Positions 49,390 to 62,627 of a stretch of DNA of 64,000 nt are shown here, piece after piece. The stretch comes from Neoechinorhynchus agilis. Lineage: Eukaryota; Animalia; Acanthocephala. How positions within the stretch are numbered: position 1 is the first letter of the stretch; every line of letters starts with the position of its first letter. The stretch covers positions 6,604,389 through 6,668,388 of the forward strand of contig CM121343.1 of NCBI GenBank assembly GCA_051530055.1, in the 5' to 3' direction. Below the pieces are notes generated by a model that was given only the letters and a program-made list of their open reading frames with translations, was not told the origin of the DNA and did no database searches. The position numbers and the translations under genes were made by a program.

Positions 49390-52300
49390 AACCTTGATAA
49401 TATCGGAATTATGAGACGAAATATCGGAAATAAATTGTTCAATTGAAATCCGGGATCTTATAACTGGAAAAAGGAAGTTCTTGGTTATTTTGAACAACTT
49501 ATACTCAAGTTCAGATAACGAACCTTGATAATATCGGAATTATGAGACGAAATATCGGAAATAAATTGTTCAATTGAAATCCCGGATCTTATAACTGGAA
49601 AAAGGGAGTTCTTGGTTATTTTGAACAACTTATACTCAAGTTCAGATAACGAACTTTGATAATATCGGAATTATTGGACGAAATATCGGAAACAAATTGT
49701 TCAATTGAAATCCGGGATCTTATAACTGGAAAAAGGAAGTTCTTGGTTATTTTGAACAACTTATACTCAAGTTCAGATAACGAACCTTGATAATATCGGA
49801 ATTATGAGACGAAATATCGGAAATAAATTGTTCAATTGAAATCCGGGATCTTATAACTGGAAAAAGGAAGTTCTTGGTTATTTTGAACAACTTATACTCA
49901 AGTTCAGATAACGAACCTTGATAATATCGGAATTATGAGACGAAATATCGGAAATAAATTGTTCAATTGAAATCCGAGGTCTTATAACTGCAAAAAGGGA
50001 GTTCTTGGTTATTTTGAACAACTTATACTCAAGTTCAGATAACGAACCTTGATAATATCGGAATTATGAGACGAAATATCGGAAATAAATTGTTCAATTG
50101 AAATCCGGGATCTTATAACTGGAAAAAGGAAGTTCTTGGTTATTTTGAACAACTTATACTCAAGTTCAGATAACGAACTTTGATAATATCGGAATTATTG
50201 GACGAAATATCGGAAATAAATTGTTCAATTGAAATCCGAGGTCTTATAACTGCAAAAAGGGAGTTCTTGGTTATTTTGAACAACTTATACTCAAGTTCAG
50301 ATAACGAACCTTGATAATATCGGAATTATGAGACGAAATATCGGAAATAAATTGTTCAATTGAAATCCGGGATCTTATAACTGGAAAAAGGAAGTTCTTG
50401 GTTATTTTGAACAACTTATACTCAAGTTCAGATAACGAACTTTGATAATATCGGAATTATTGGACGAAATATCGGAAATAAATTGTTCAGGTGAAATCGG
50501 GATCTTATAACTGGAAAAAGTTCTTGGTTATTTTGAACAACTTATACTCAAGTTCAGATAACGAACCTTGATAATATCGGAATTATGAGACGAAATATCG
50601 GAAATAAATTGTTCAATTGAAATCCGGGATCTTATAATTGGAAAAAGGAAGTTCTTGGTTATTTTGAACAACTTATACTCAAGTGCAGAAAACGAACCTT
50701 GATAATATCGGAATTATTGGACGAAATATCGGAAACAAATTGTTCAATTGAAATCCGGGATCTTATAACTGGAAAAAGGAAGTTCTTGGTTATTTTGAAC
50801 AACTTATACTCAAGTTCAGATAACGAACCTTGATAATATCGGAATTATGAGACGAAATATCGGAAATAAATTGTTCAATTGAAATCCGGGATCTTATAAC
50901 TGGAAAAAGGAAGTTCTTGGTTATTTTGAACAACTTATACTCAAGTTCAGATAACGAACTTTGATAATATCGGAATTATGAGACGAAATATCGGAAATAA
51001 ATTGTTCAATTGAAATCCGGGATCTTATAACTGGAAAAAGGAAGTTCTTGGTTACTTTGAACAACTTATACTCAAGTTCAGATAACGAACCTTGATAATT
51101 TCGGAATTATGAGACGAAATATCGGAAATAAATTGTTCAATTGAAATCCGGGATCTTATAATTGGAAAAAGGAAGTTCTTGGTTATTTTGAACAACTTAT
51201 ACTCAAGTGCAGAAAACGAACCTTGATAATATCGGAATTATTGGACGAAATATCGGAAACAAATTGTTCAATTGAAATCCGGGATCTTATAACTGGAAAA
51301 AGGAAGTTCTTGGTTATTTTGAACAACTTATACTCAAGTTCAGATAACGAACCTTGATAATATCGGAATTATGAGACGAAATATCGGAAATAAATTGTTC
51401 AATTGAAATCCGGGATCTTATAACTGGAAAAAGGAAGTTCTTGGTTATTTTGAACAACTTATACTCAAGTTCAGATAACGAACTTTGATAATATCGGAAT
51501 TATGAGACGAAATATCGGAAATAAATTGTTCAATTGAAATCCGGGATCTTATAACTGGAAAAAGGAAGTTCTTGGTTATTTTGAACAACTTATACTCAAG
51601 TTCAGAAAACAGAACCTTGATAATATCGGAATTATTGGACGAAATATCGGAAATAAATTGTTCAATTGAAATCCGGGATCTTATAACTGGAAAAAGGAAG
51701 TTCTTGGTTATTTTGAACAACTTATACTCAAGTTCAGAAAACGAACTTTGATAATATCGGAATTATTGGACGAAATATCGGAAACAAATTGTTCAATTGA
51801 AATCCGGGATCTTATAACTGGAAAAAGGAAGTTCTTGGTTATTTTGAACAACTTATACTCAAGTTCAGATAACGAACCTTGATAATATCGGAATTATGAG
51901 ACGAAATGTCGGAAACAAATTGTTCAATTGAAATCCGGGATCTTATAACTGGAAAAAGGAAGTTCTTGGTTATTTTGAACAACTTATACTCAAGTTCAGA
52001 TAACGAACCTTGATAATATCGGAATTATGAGACGAAATATCGGAAATAAATTGTTCAATTGAAATCGGGATCTTATAACTGCAAAAGGAGTTCTTGGTTA
52101 TTTTGAACAACTTATACTCAAGTTCAGATAACGAACCTTGATAATATCGGAATTATGAGACGAAATATCGGAAATAAATTTGTTCAATTGAAATCCGGGA
52201 TCTTATAACTGGAAAAAGGAAGTTCTTGGTTACTTTGAACAACTTATACTCAAGTTCAGATAACGAACTTTGATAATATCGGAATTATGAGACGAAATAT

Positions 52301-52779
52301 CGGAAACAAATTGTTCAATTGAAATCCGGGATCTTATAACTGGAAAAAGGAAGTTCTTGGTTATTTTGAGCAACTTATACTCAAGTTCATAACGAACCTT
52401 GATAATATCGGAATTATGAGACGAAATATCGGAAATAAATTGTTCAATTGAAATCCGAGGCCTTATAACTGCAAAAAGGGAGTTCTTGGTTATTTTGAAC
52501 AACTTATACTCAAGTTCAGATAACGAACCTTGATAATATCGGAATTATGAGACGAAATATCGGAAATAAATTGTTCAATTGAAATCCGGGATCTTATAAC
52601 TGCAAAAAGGGAGTTCTTGGTTATTTTGAACAACTTATACTCAAGTTCAGATAACGAACCTTGATAATATCGGAATTATGAGACGAAATATCGGAAATAA
52701 ATTGTTCAATTGAAATCCGGGATCTTATAACTGGAAAAAGGGAGTTCTTGGTTATTTTGAACAACTTATACTCAAGTTC
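49390..52779. repeat. Tandem array 7, 131 bp unit, ~26 copies
   Basis: aacc[t]ttgataatatcgg at 49390, 49521 and onward. Confidence 0.97.
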
Positions 52780-55700
52780 ACCCTCGAGGAATCCCTCTAA
52801 AAGTACAGGTCTCCGAATTCGATTTCTCCATTTAATCCCTCCACGAATCCCTCTAAGAGTACAGGTCCCCGAATTCGATTTCTCCATTTAATCCCTCCAC
52901 GAATCCCTCTAAGAGTACAGGTCTCCGAACTGGATTTCTCCATTTAATCCCTCGAGGAATCCCTCTAAAAGTACAGGTCTCCGAATTGGATTTCTCCATT
53001 TAATCCCTCGAGGAATCCCTCTAAAAGTACAGGTCCCCGAACTGGATTTCTCCATTTAATCCCTCGAAGGAATCCCTCTAAAAGTACAGGTCTCCGAACT
53101 GGATTTCTCCATTTAATCCCTCCAAGGAATCCCTCTAAGAGTACAGGTCCCCGAACTGGATTTCTCCATTTAATCCCTCCAAGGAATCCCTCTAAGAGTA
53201 CAGGTCCCCGAACTGGATTTCTCCATTTAATCCCTCCAAGGAATCCCTCTAAGAGTACAGGTCCCCGAACTGGATTTCTCCATTTAATCCCTCGAGGAAT
53301 CCCTCTAAAAGTACAGGTCTCCGAATTGGATTTCTCCATTTAATCCCTCGAGGAATCCCTCTAAAAGTACAGGTCCCCGAATTCGATTTCTCCATTTAAT
53401 CCCTCCACGAATCCCTCTAAGAGTACAGGTCCCCGAACTGGATTTCTCCATTTAATCCCTCCACGAATCCCTCTAAGAGTACAGGTCTCCAACTGGATTT
53501 CTCCATTTAATCCCTCAACCCAAAAGTACAGTCCCGAACTGGATTTCCCATTTAATCCCTTGAGGAATCCATCTTAAAGTACAGGTCTCCGAATTGGATT
53601 TCTCCATTTAATCCCTCGAGGAATCTCTCTAAAAGTACAGGTCCCCGAACTGGATTTCTCCATTTAATCCCTGGAGGAATCCTTCTAAAAGTACAGGTCT
53701 CTGAATTCGATTTCTCCATTTAATCCCTCCAAGGAATCCCTCTAGGAGTAGAGGTCTCCGAATTCGATTTCTCCATTTAATCCCTCCAAGGAATCCCTCT
53801 AAGAGTACAGGTCCCCGAATTGGATTTCTCCATTTAATCCCTCCAAGGAATCCCTCTAAGAGTACAGGTCTCCGAATTGGATTTCTCCATTTAATCCCTC
53901 CGAGGAATCCCTCTAAGAGTACAGGTCCCCGAACTGGATTTCTCCATTTAATCCCTCCAAGGAATCCCTCTAAGAGTACAGGTCCCCGAACTGGATTTCT
54001 CCATTTAATCCCTCGAGGAATCCCTCTAAAAGTACAGGTCTCCGAATTGGATTCTCCATTTAATCCCTCAGGAATCCCTCTAAAAGTACAGGTCCCGAAT
54101 GATTTCTCCATTTAATCCCTCCAAGGAATCCCTCTAAGAGTACAGGTCCCCGAACTGGATTTCTCCATTTAATCCCTCGAGGAATCCCTCTAAAAGTACA
54201 CGTCTCCGAATTGGATTTCTCCATTTAATCCCTCGAAGGAATCCCTCTAAAAGTACAGGTCCCCGAATTCGATTTCTCCATTTAATCCCTCCAAGGAATC
54301 CCTCTAAAAGTACAGGTCTCCGAATTCGATTTCTCCATTTAATCCCTCGAGGAATCCCTCTAAGAGTACAGGTCCCCGAACTGGATTTCTCCATTTAATC
54401 CCTCCAAAGAATCCCTCTAAAAGTACAGGTCTCCGAATTGGATTTCTCCATTTAATCCCTCGAGGAATCCCTCTAAGAGTACAGGTCCCCGAACTGGATT
54501 TCTCCATTTAATCCCTGAGGAATCCCTCTAAAAGTACAGGTCTCCGAACTGGATTTCTCCATTTAATCCCTCGAGGAATCCCTCTAAAAGTACAGGTCTC
54601 CGAATTCGATTTCTCCATTTAATCCCTCGAGGAATCCCTCTAAAAGTACAGGTCCCCGAATTGGATTTCTCCATTTAATCCCTCCAGGAATCCCTCTAAA
54701 AGTACAGGTCCCCGAACTGGATTTCTCCATTTAATCCCTCCAGGAATCCCTCTAAGAGTACAGGTCTCCGAATTGGATTTCTCCATTTAATCCCTCCAAG
54801 GAATCCCTCTAAGAGTACAGGTCCCCGAATTGGATTTCTCCATTTAATCCCTCGAGGAATCCCTCTAAAAGTACAGGTCTCCGAATTGATTTCTCCATTT
54901 AATCCCTCCAGGAATCCCTCTAAAGTACAGTCCCGAATTCGATTTCTCCATTTAATCCCTCAAGGAATCCCTCTAAGAGTACAGGTCTCCGAATTGGATT
55001 TCTCCATTTAATCCCTCGAGGAATCCCTCTAAGAGTACAGGTCCCCGAACTGGATTTCTCCATTTAATCCCTCCAAGGAATCCCTCTAAGAGTACAGGTC
55101 CCCGAACTGGATTTCTCCATTTAATCCCTCCAAGGAATCCCTCTAAGAGTACAGGTCTCCGAATTGGATTTCTCCATTTAATCCCTCCAAGGAATGAATG
55201 GATTTCTCCATTTAATCCCTCGAGGAATCCCTCTAAAAGTACAGGTCTCCGAATTGGATTTCTCCATTTAATCCCTCGAGGAATCCCTCTAAGTACAGGT
55301 CCCCGAATTCGATTTCTCCATTTAATCCCTCCACGAATCCCTCTAAGAGTACAGGTCCCCGAACTGGATTTCTCCATTTAATCCCTCCAAGGAATCCCTC
55401 TAAGAGTACAGGTCTCCGAATTGGATTTCTCCATTTAATCCCTCGAGGAATCCTCTAAAAGTACAGGTCCCCGAACTGGATTTCTCCATTTAATCCCTCG
55501 AGGAATCCCTCTAAAAGTACAGGTCCCCGAATTGGATTTCTCCATTTAATCCCTCGAGGAATCTCTCTAAAAGTACAGGTCCCCGAACTGGATTTCTCCA
55601 TTTAATCCCTGGAGGAATCCTTCTAAAAGTACAGGTCTCTGAATTCGATTTCTCCATTTAATCCCTCCAAGGAATCCCTCTAGGAGTAGAGGTCTCCGAA

Positions 55701-57802
55701 TTCGATTTCTCCATTTAATCCCTCCAAGGAATCCCTCTAAGAGTAAGGTCCCCGAATTGGATTTCTCCATTTAATCCCTCAGTCCCTCTAAGAGTACAGG
55801 TCTCCGAATTCGATTTCTCCATTTAATCCCTCGAGGAATCCCAAAGTACAGGTCCCCGAACTGGTTCTCCATTTAATCCCTCCAAGGAATCCCTCTAAGA
55901 GTACAGGTCCCCGAACTGGATTTCTCCATTTAATCCCTCCAAGGAATCCCTCTAAGAGTACAGGTCTCCGAATTGGATTTCTCCATTTAATCCCTCCAAG
56001 GAATCCCTCTAAGAGTACAGGTCCCCGAACTGGATTTCTCCATTTAATCCCTCCAAGGAATCCCTCTAAGAGTACAGGTCCCCGAACTGGATTTCTCCAT
56101 TTAATCCCTCGAGGAATCCCTCTAAAAGTACAGGTCTCCGAATTGGATTCTCCATTTAATCCCTCGAGGAATCCCTCTAAAAGTACAGGTCCCCGAATTC
56201 GATTTCTCCATTTAATCCCTCCACGAATCCTCTAGTAGTCGAATCGATTTCTCCATTTAATCCTCCACGAATCCCTCTAAGAGTACAGGTCCCCGAACTG
56301 GATTTCTCCATTTAATCCCTCCACGAATCCCTCTAAGAGTACAGGTCTCCGAATTGGATTTCTCCATTTAATCCCTCGAGAAATCGCTCTAAAAGTACAG
56401 GTCCCCGAACTGGATTTCTCCATTTAATCCCTTGAGGAATCCATCTTAAAGTACAGGTCTCCGAATTGGATTTCTCCATTTAATCCCTCGAGGAATCTCT
56501 CTAAAAGTACAGGTCCCCGAACTGGATTTCTCCATTTAATCCCTCGAGGAATCCTTCTAAAAGTACAGGTCTCTGAATTCGATTTCTCCATTTAATCCCT
56601 CCAAGGAATCCCTCTAGGAGTAGAGGTCTCCGAATTCGATTTCTCCATTTAATCCCTCCAAGGAATCCCTCTAAGAGTAGAGGTCCCCGAATTGGATTTC
56701 TCCATTTAATCCCTCGAGGAATCCCTCTAAGAGTACAGGTCTCCGAATTGGATTTCTCCATTTAATCCCTCGAGGAATCCCTCTAAAAGTACAGGTCCCC
56801 GAACTGGACTTCTCCATTTAATCCCTCCAAGGAATCCCTCTAAGAGTACAGGTCCCCGAACTGGATTTCTCCATTTAATCCCTCCAAGGAATCCCTCTAA
56901 GAGTACAGGTCTCCGAATTGGATTTCTCCATTTAATCCCTCCAAGGAATCCCTCTAAGAGTACAGGTCCCCGAACTGGATTTCTCCATTTAATCCCTCCA
57001 AGGAATCCCTCTAGAGTACAGGTCCCCGAACTGGATTTCTCCATTTAATCCCTCGAGGAATCCCTCTAAAAGTACAGGTCTCCGAAGGATGTCTCCATTT
57101 AATCCCTCGAGGAATCCCTCTAAAAGTACAGGTCCCCGAATTCGATTTCTCCATTTAATCCCTCCACGAATCCTCTAAGAGTACAGGTCCCCGAACGATT
57201 TCTCCATTTAATCCCTCCACGAATCCCTCTAAGAGTACAGGTCCCCGAACTGGATTTCTCCATTTAATCCCTCCACGAATCCCTCTAAGAGTACAGGTCT
57301 CCGAATTCGATTTCTCCATTTAATCCCTCCAGGAATCCCTCTAAGAGTACAGGTCCCCGAACTGGATTTCTCCATTTAATCCCTCCACGAATCCATCTTA
57401 AAGTACAGGTCTCCGAATTGGATTTCTCCATTTAATCCCTCGAGGAATCTCTCTAAAAGTACAGGTCCCCGAACTGGATTTCTCCATTTAATCCCTGGAG
57501 GAATCCTTCTAAAAGTACAGGTCTCTGAATTCGATTTCTCCATTTAATCCCTCCAAGGAATCCCTCTAGAGTAAGGTCTCCGAATTCGATTTCTCCATTT
57601 AATCCCTCCAAGGAATCCCTCTAAGAGTAGAGGTCCCCGAATTGGATTTCTCCATTTAATCCCTCCAGGAATCCCTCTAAGAGTACAGGTCCCCGAATTC
57701 GATTTCTCCATTTAATCCCTCCAAGGAATCCCTCTAAGAGTACAGGTCTCCGAACTGGATTTCTCCATTTAATCCCTCCAAGGAATCCCTCTAAGAGTAC
57801 AG
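52780..57802. repeat. Tandem array 8, 57 bp unit, ~88 copies, directly abutting array 7
   Basis: Unit ggaatccctctaagagtacaggtccccgaactggatttctccatttaatccctccaa, giving a 19-aa periodicity in antisense pseudo-ORFs. Confidence 0.97.
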
Positions 57803-58675
57803 GGGAGATGGATTTCCCCCGCCCCCATAAGCTCCCGCCTACTACAACCTGTGTGCGCGACATCGATGCGTTGTTCCGCGTATGGGTGTGCGTACCCCAC
57901 CTTCCACAGCTCCGATATGCATCCACCCGTTAAAAACGCGGGGTACCTGTTCTTCTACGAGGGTGAAGTATACATTCGTTGCGTAACCGAGTTTCAAGTC
58001 CTTTTCATCTCGGGTTCCATGGTTCTGGTACAGTTCCATCATCTGTGTATATACTTCTAAATGGAGTCTGGAAGTCGTAGTGTCTTCCTTTGGAACCAGG
58101 GACTTCCATGCTTATTCCAGCTTTTGTTTTCTTCGTTCTCTACGGGAATTTGTATGAGGAAATTTGAATTGATTCAATGAACGGAACCTGATACATCCAA
58201 TCTTATTCCGTATTTATGCCGTTCTTCTTTACGACAATTTCGTTTAAAGGATAAAAAATATTTGGAATAATTGTTTAGGAATCCTCATCCGAGGTAAATG
58301 ATTGATGATGAACCCGACGAGGTTCGTAGAACGTCTTTAATCGAAAAGAAATCATTTACCTCGGGTGAAGGCTTCTAAACAATAATTCTCTAATCACATT
58401 CCCCGGTATTTCACATATCGACAAAAAATATTTGGTTGAATGTATCCTTAAAAGTTACAAGCAGTGACTGATGGAGCTTCCACCTTCGATATATTTCAAT
58501 TCGTTAAAATATTTTTCGTTTACGGGATTATCCCTATAGATTTTTCCTCGATAATTAAATTGATGAATACAGCAATTTAATCCATGAAAATACAACTAAT
58601 TGCCTATTTCTCTTTTAAAAACACTCAATTTTTTTCACTTGGAACCTATTTTTAAAATTGGTTTTTTGTAGATTA

Positions 58676-60385
58676 ATGTCGAGATTGCATCGACGAGAAT
58701 ATGAGCAACCTTTAAACAAGACCCTGAGAGTCAATTCTATCACGAATACACCCGCACCGAAACAAGTGCCATCCAGTCAACTTATTCAAGGACGCAAGGC
58801 TTACCTTGAAAACCAATTGGCACGAATTCGTGCGGACATTGATCAATGTGAACGAGAATTGAAGCTAATTGACTGTGCTCGAGAAGAAGAGAATCTAGCT
58901 AGAGTTCGAGCAGAAGATCGGCACTTGAACATCTTAAGAGAAAAATTCAATTCTGACCCGGAAACTGGAATCGAGATGGCCATAAGGAATCAAATTATTC
59001 AGCGTACACATAAAGATGTTGCAAGGTTTCTTTATAGCACTTCAGGATTATCAAAAGAAAGCATTGGTAACTATCTTGGAAACAAAGATGACTTTGCAAT
59101 CGGCGTACTTTATGAATTCACTTCTTTACAGAATTTCCAAAATATTGGGATTGTGGACGCTTTACGTCGATTTCTTGGATCATTCCGACTTCCCGGGGAA
59201 GGGCAAAAGATTGATCGTATAGTAGAAAGCTTTGCCCAACATTATCAATCGAGCAATCCTGAAACCTTTGCGAACGCTGACATTGTTCATGTTCTTGCAT
59301 ATGCAATTGTCTTGTTGAACACGTCTTTGCACAACAAAAACGCATCGAAGAAGTCAGTTGGTGGAAAAATGACCTGTCAGGAATTTTGTTCAATGGTGAC
59401 AAAAGGCTTTAATGGACCTGATTTTAGTGGACAAATCAAAATACCGTCACAGGATTTGATAATTCAGATCTATGAAAGCGTTAGGAATGAGGCTCTCCGT
59501 TTTCCTAATGATCAAAATACCGGTGCTAATCCGGTGATGTTGCGGACGGTATTTGCAAGTCCTGAAAAAAGTGGTATGCTTTACAAACAAGGCGGAAACA
59601 TACGAACATGGAAACGTCGATTTTTTGTACTCCAGAACTGCTGTCTATATTATTTTGAGAATGAGACCGATCGGCAACCTAAAGGAATAGTTCCGTTAAA
59701 TGGTCTTGCTGTTAGAGACGTTAATACTTATCCCATTGGCGGTGGTACGACTTCCACTTCTTTGGGAAAAGCTTATGTATTTGAAATATATCCTCTGGAC
59801 ACTTCGGGGAAGATTCGAGCTTGCAAGACAGGAGATCTGGGGAAGATTCAGGAAGGCAATCATCGTGTTTATCGCCTAGCCACTTCAACGGCAAACGACA
59901 AGTTCGAATGGATCAGTGCTCTAAAACTGGCTACATCGCGATGTAACGAAAGCTGGCAATGTTCATCGGATGCCAGGGCTGATACTTTGTCTGAGCAAGG
60001 ATTTGATGTTGCTCGTAAACTTCAATTTCGCAGAAATGGCATAACAATCGCAGATAGAGGTAACGCTAACCTAGAGAAATTTATGAATAATTTTTTCCGC
60101 GGATCAGATATTGATGGAGAAATTCATTCAAATAGTAGCGGACACTTTGAGGAACTTCGTAAAAAGTCCATGAGTCTCGAGAAACTCAGTGAGATCAGAC
60201 AGTTACCTGAGAATCATCCACTCGTTAACCAATATCAAACGGAGCAATTTAGGCAAACACATAAAAAACGAGGTCATACCGTCGAACCGAGTATGAGAAA
60301 TCAAATGCCACTACCTCTCAATCAAACTTCTAATATCGAAAATGAATCAAATGTTGCGAATGGCGTATCCGCGGTCTTTTTCTGA
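58676..60385 (+). CDS. Cytohesin-family Arf GEF (coiled coil, Sec7, PH)
   Basis: GLSKESIGNYLG, ALRRFLGSFRLPGEGQKIDRIVESFA, VLAYAIVLLNTSLHN, PH motif LYKQGGNIRTWKRRFFVL..CLYYFE. The start may lie in an upstream exon. Confidence 0.93.
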   Translation: MSRLHRREYEQPLNKTLRVNSITNTPAPKQVPSSQLIQGRKAYLENQLARIRADIDQCERELKLIDCAREEENLARVRAEDRHLNILREKFNSDPETGIEMAIRNQIIQRTHKDVARFLYSTSGLSKESIGNYLGNKDDFAIGVLYEFTSLQNFQNIGIVDALRRFLGSFRLPGEGQKIDRIVESFAQHYQSSNPETFANADIVHVLAYAIVLLNTSLHNKNASKKSVGGKMTCQEFCSMVTKGFNGPDFSGQIKIPSQDLIIQIYESVRNEALRFPNDQNTGANPVMLRTVFASPEKSGMLYKQGGNIRTWKRRFFVLQNCCLYYFENETDRQPKGIVPLNGLAVRDVNTYPIGGGTTSTSLGKAYVFEIYPLDTSGKIRACKTGDLGKIQEGNHRVYRLATSTANDKFEWISALKLATSRCNESWQCSSDARADTLSEQGFDVARKLQFRRNGITIADRGNANLEKFMNNFFRGSDIDGEIHSNSSGHFEELRKKSMSLEKLSEIRQLPENHPLVNQYQTEQFRQTHKKRGHTVEPSMRNQMPLPLNQTSNIENESNVANGVSAVFF

Positions 60386-60537
60386 ACTTATTTGACTCCA
60401 TTGTAAAAAAACCCACCAAGTTAGCCGTTTAGAATATTAAAAATTTCTGTACATGACGATTGTTGAAATGAATAAACCTACCAATTCCTTTTGTATACTC
60501 ATTCAAAATGCTTTTAGAGCTTACCATTGCAGCAAAT

Positions 60538-61394
60538 ATGCCGCTGCGGTCGACATTCTATATATATACGGTTTCGTGTACGCCCGAAAAATGACCACAA
60601 TAAATTTGAACAATAGGCAACCAGTATATAGGTGATGCAGGATAACAGTGAACCACTTCAGCGATGTTGCATATATCAATTCTGTAATCTATCGACTCCG
60701 ATAAGTTCAGTTGAATTAACTAAAGCTGACGAGAAAACGATATATGCGAAAGTTTTGCTGGACGGTGAGACCTACGAAGGTCCGATTACTCTCTATACAG
60801 ATTCAGAAACGCAGTCTACGTCTTCATTGACGATGGAATTAACAAGCTCAACGCCAACCAGGAGAAGTACTAGAGCCACTCAAGGTCAAAAACGGAAATT
60901 GGCTACTTCGGCACCTATAACGCCCAAAAAAGTAGCAGGACCTGTTTGTAAACGCTTGAAATCATTTGTCCTTCCACAACCTTCCGCTATTGATACACTC
61001 AATGTCGGTGTATTAGTTTGGGCAAAGCTCAAATACATCCCTTGGTGGCCAGCCAAAATTATGGCTAAAGTTAGCGAAACTAGTTTTCAAGTACTATGGC
61101 TTGGAGATGGAACAACGAGTCTAGTACCTTATGAACACCTGAGGCTGTTCGATGAATACACATCAAGTGTATTTTTTAAATCAAAAATAATCAGTAAGTG
61201 AGATGTAGCATTTTAAATGTGGAAGTCTTTTTTCTATCAATGCTGCATGTTAACATACGGATTACAGAAAGGCGTTCCAAAAAGCCTTCGAAGAATCAGG
61301 AGAATTGTCAAGAAATTTTGGAAATAATTTTAACAAATTCCTTCAACAAGTTATTGATAACCAAACAATTATATGTCCCATCTATGAAGAGTAA
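60538..61394 (+). CDS. PWWP-domain chromatin protein (two short GT-AG introns inferred)
   Basis: VGVLVWAKLKYIPWWPAKI..FQVLWLGDGT..VPYEHLRLF, then the spliced helix KKAFQKAFEE. Basic NLS-like segment. The 5' exon is tentative. Confidence 0.65.
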
Positions 61395-62627
61395 ACGAAA
61401 ATGGCCCCTGTACACTATTGTTTAATCGGTGGCCATTGATCTAATCAACTGTATTTTAATACATTTTAACTTTGTAATGATCCTCTTTCTTAGTTTGGTT
61501 ATTTCGTTTTTTATATTCGCATTTGGGATCCTTTTTCGTTCTTTGGGAGCCTCTTGGCTAACTTATACAGTTCGGAGGCGAAGGGCCGGGGTCTATGAAC
61601 GATCTCAAACCTGATCCCTATCCTTCCAGCAACCTCGCAATGTGGAACCCAGCGACCAGTCGATATGAACCATCGAACGCATTTTGAACGCGATTATGCC
61701 ACTCGGCCACTGGAGCCTTGTTCGGCTCTAACGAATATTTAGAATCAATGGATGGTAACAACCTAAACCTTTTTTGATCATTAGCCAATTTTAGTTCGGC
61801 ATTAATTTAACAACGAATTTCTTACACCATAATGTCTTGAGATTGTCAATATACAACATAAAACGATAATAATAACGCGTTGCACTTGTTAATCCAAAAG
61901 GAATGAGACCAATGTCTTCGTTTGAGTCCTCACAAAAACACTCGATTTTTGATAAATATCAAATCAATAAATTCTTAATTTCATTTATCTCTCCTATCGA
62001 CAAATAACAATGAATATTCTTTTCAACAGGTTAAATGAATGTTGATTATGGAGTGGATCACGGGTTCGAAAGTCGGTGGTTATTCTTATGAGGTTGGGTC
62101 TTTTTTCCTTTTCATTTCAATTGATGGCATGGAAAAATGAAGATTGTTTTGCTCATGTAAAAAGGGAACGGCTTTAGAGTTCCTGTTTTTAGAGAGTTTC
62201 GCGCAAATAAACACAAACTCCAATGTTTTCCCGTTGATGATATAAAATGCAATCGCTTTGTCCAATTAAAGACACAATCCGACGTTGGTGCATTTAACAC
62301 CTTCATTTTGACATCATCCGAGGACTTGTCAAGATCTTTGGAATGCCTCGACTGTACGAATCCATATTTCTGTTATATACTGCATTTTTTATAAATATGC
62401 CAACAACTAAACTTAATAAGATTAAGGTTTTAGGATACTCTCACATTTAATATGTCTATTAAACACGACCTTTGCAAATTCAAGAGGCTCTTACGCGTGG
62501 TTAAAGTTTACAAGATTCAAATCCTCATTTTTTCCGTTAGACGCTTAGAGAATCCGATATTTCGGTTACTCGTGTCCGAAATAACGGGTTTAATTTTATG
62601 CAATCACTTCACTTAGTCGGTTTTAAT

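Noticed and set aside
975-57802. Numerous repeated 60-160 aa ORFs inside arrays 1-4, 7 and 8
   Set aside because: By-products of stop-poor repeat units; broken by frameshifting indels between copies; no domains.
59720-59780. TA-TCC-CA...TA in-frame segment in the cytohesin PH domain as another hairpin insert
   Set aside because: The right end lacks TG-NNN-TA spacing, and removal would make the loop ~4 residues too short.
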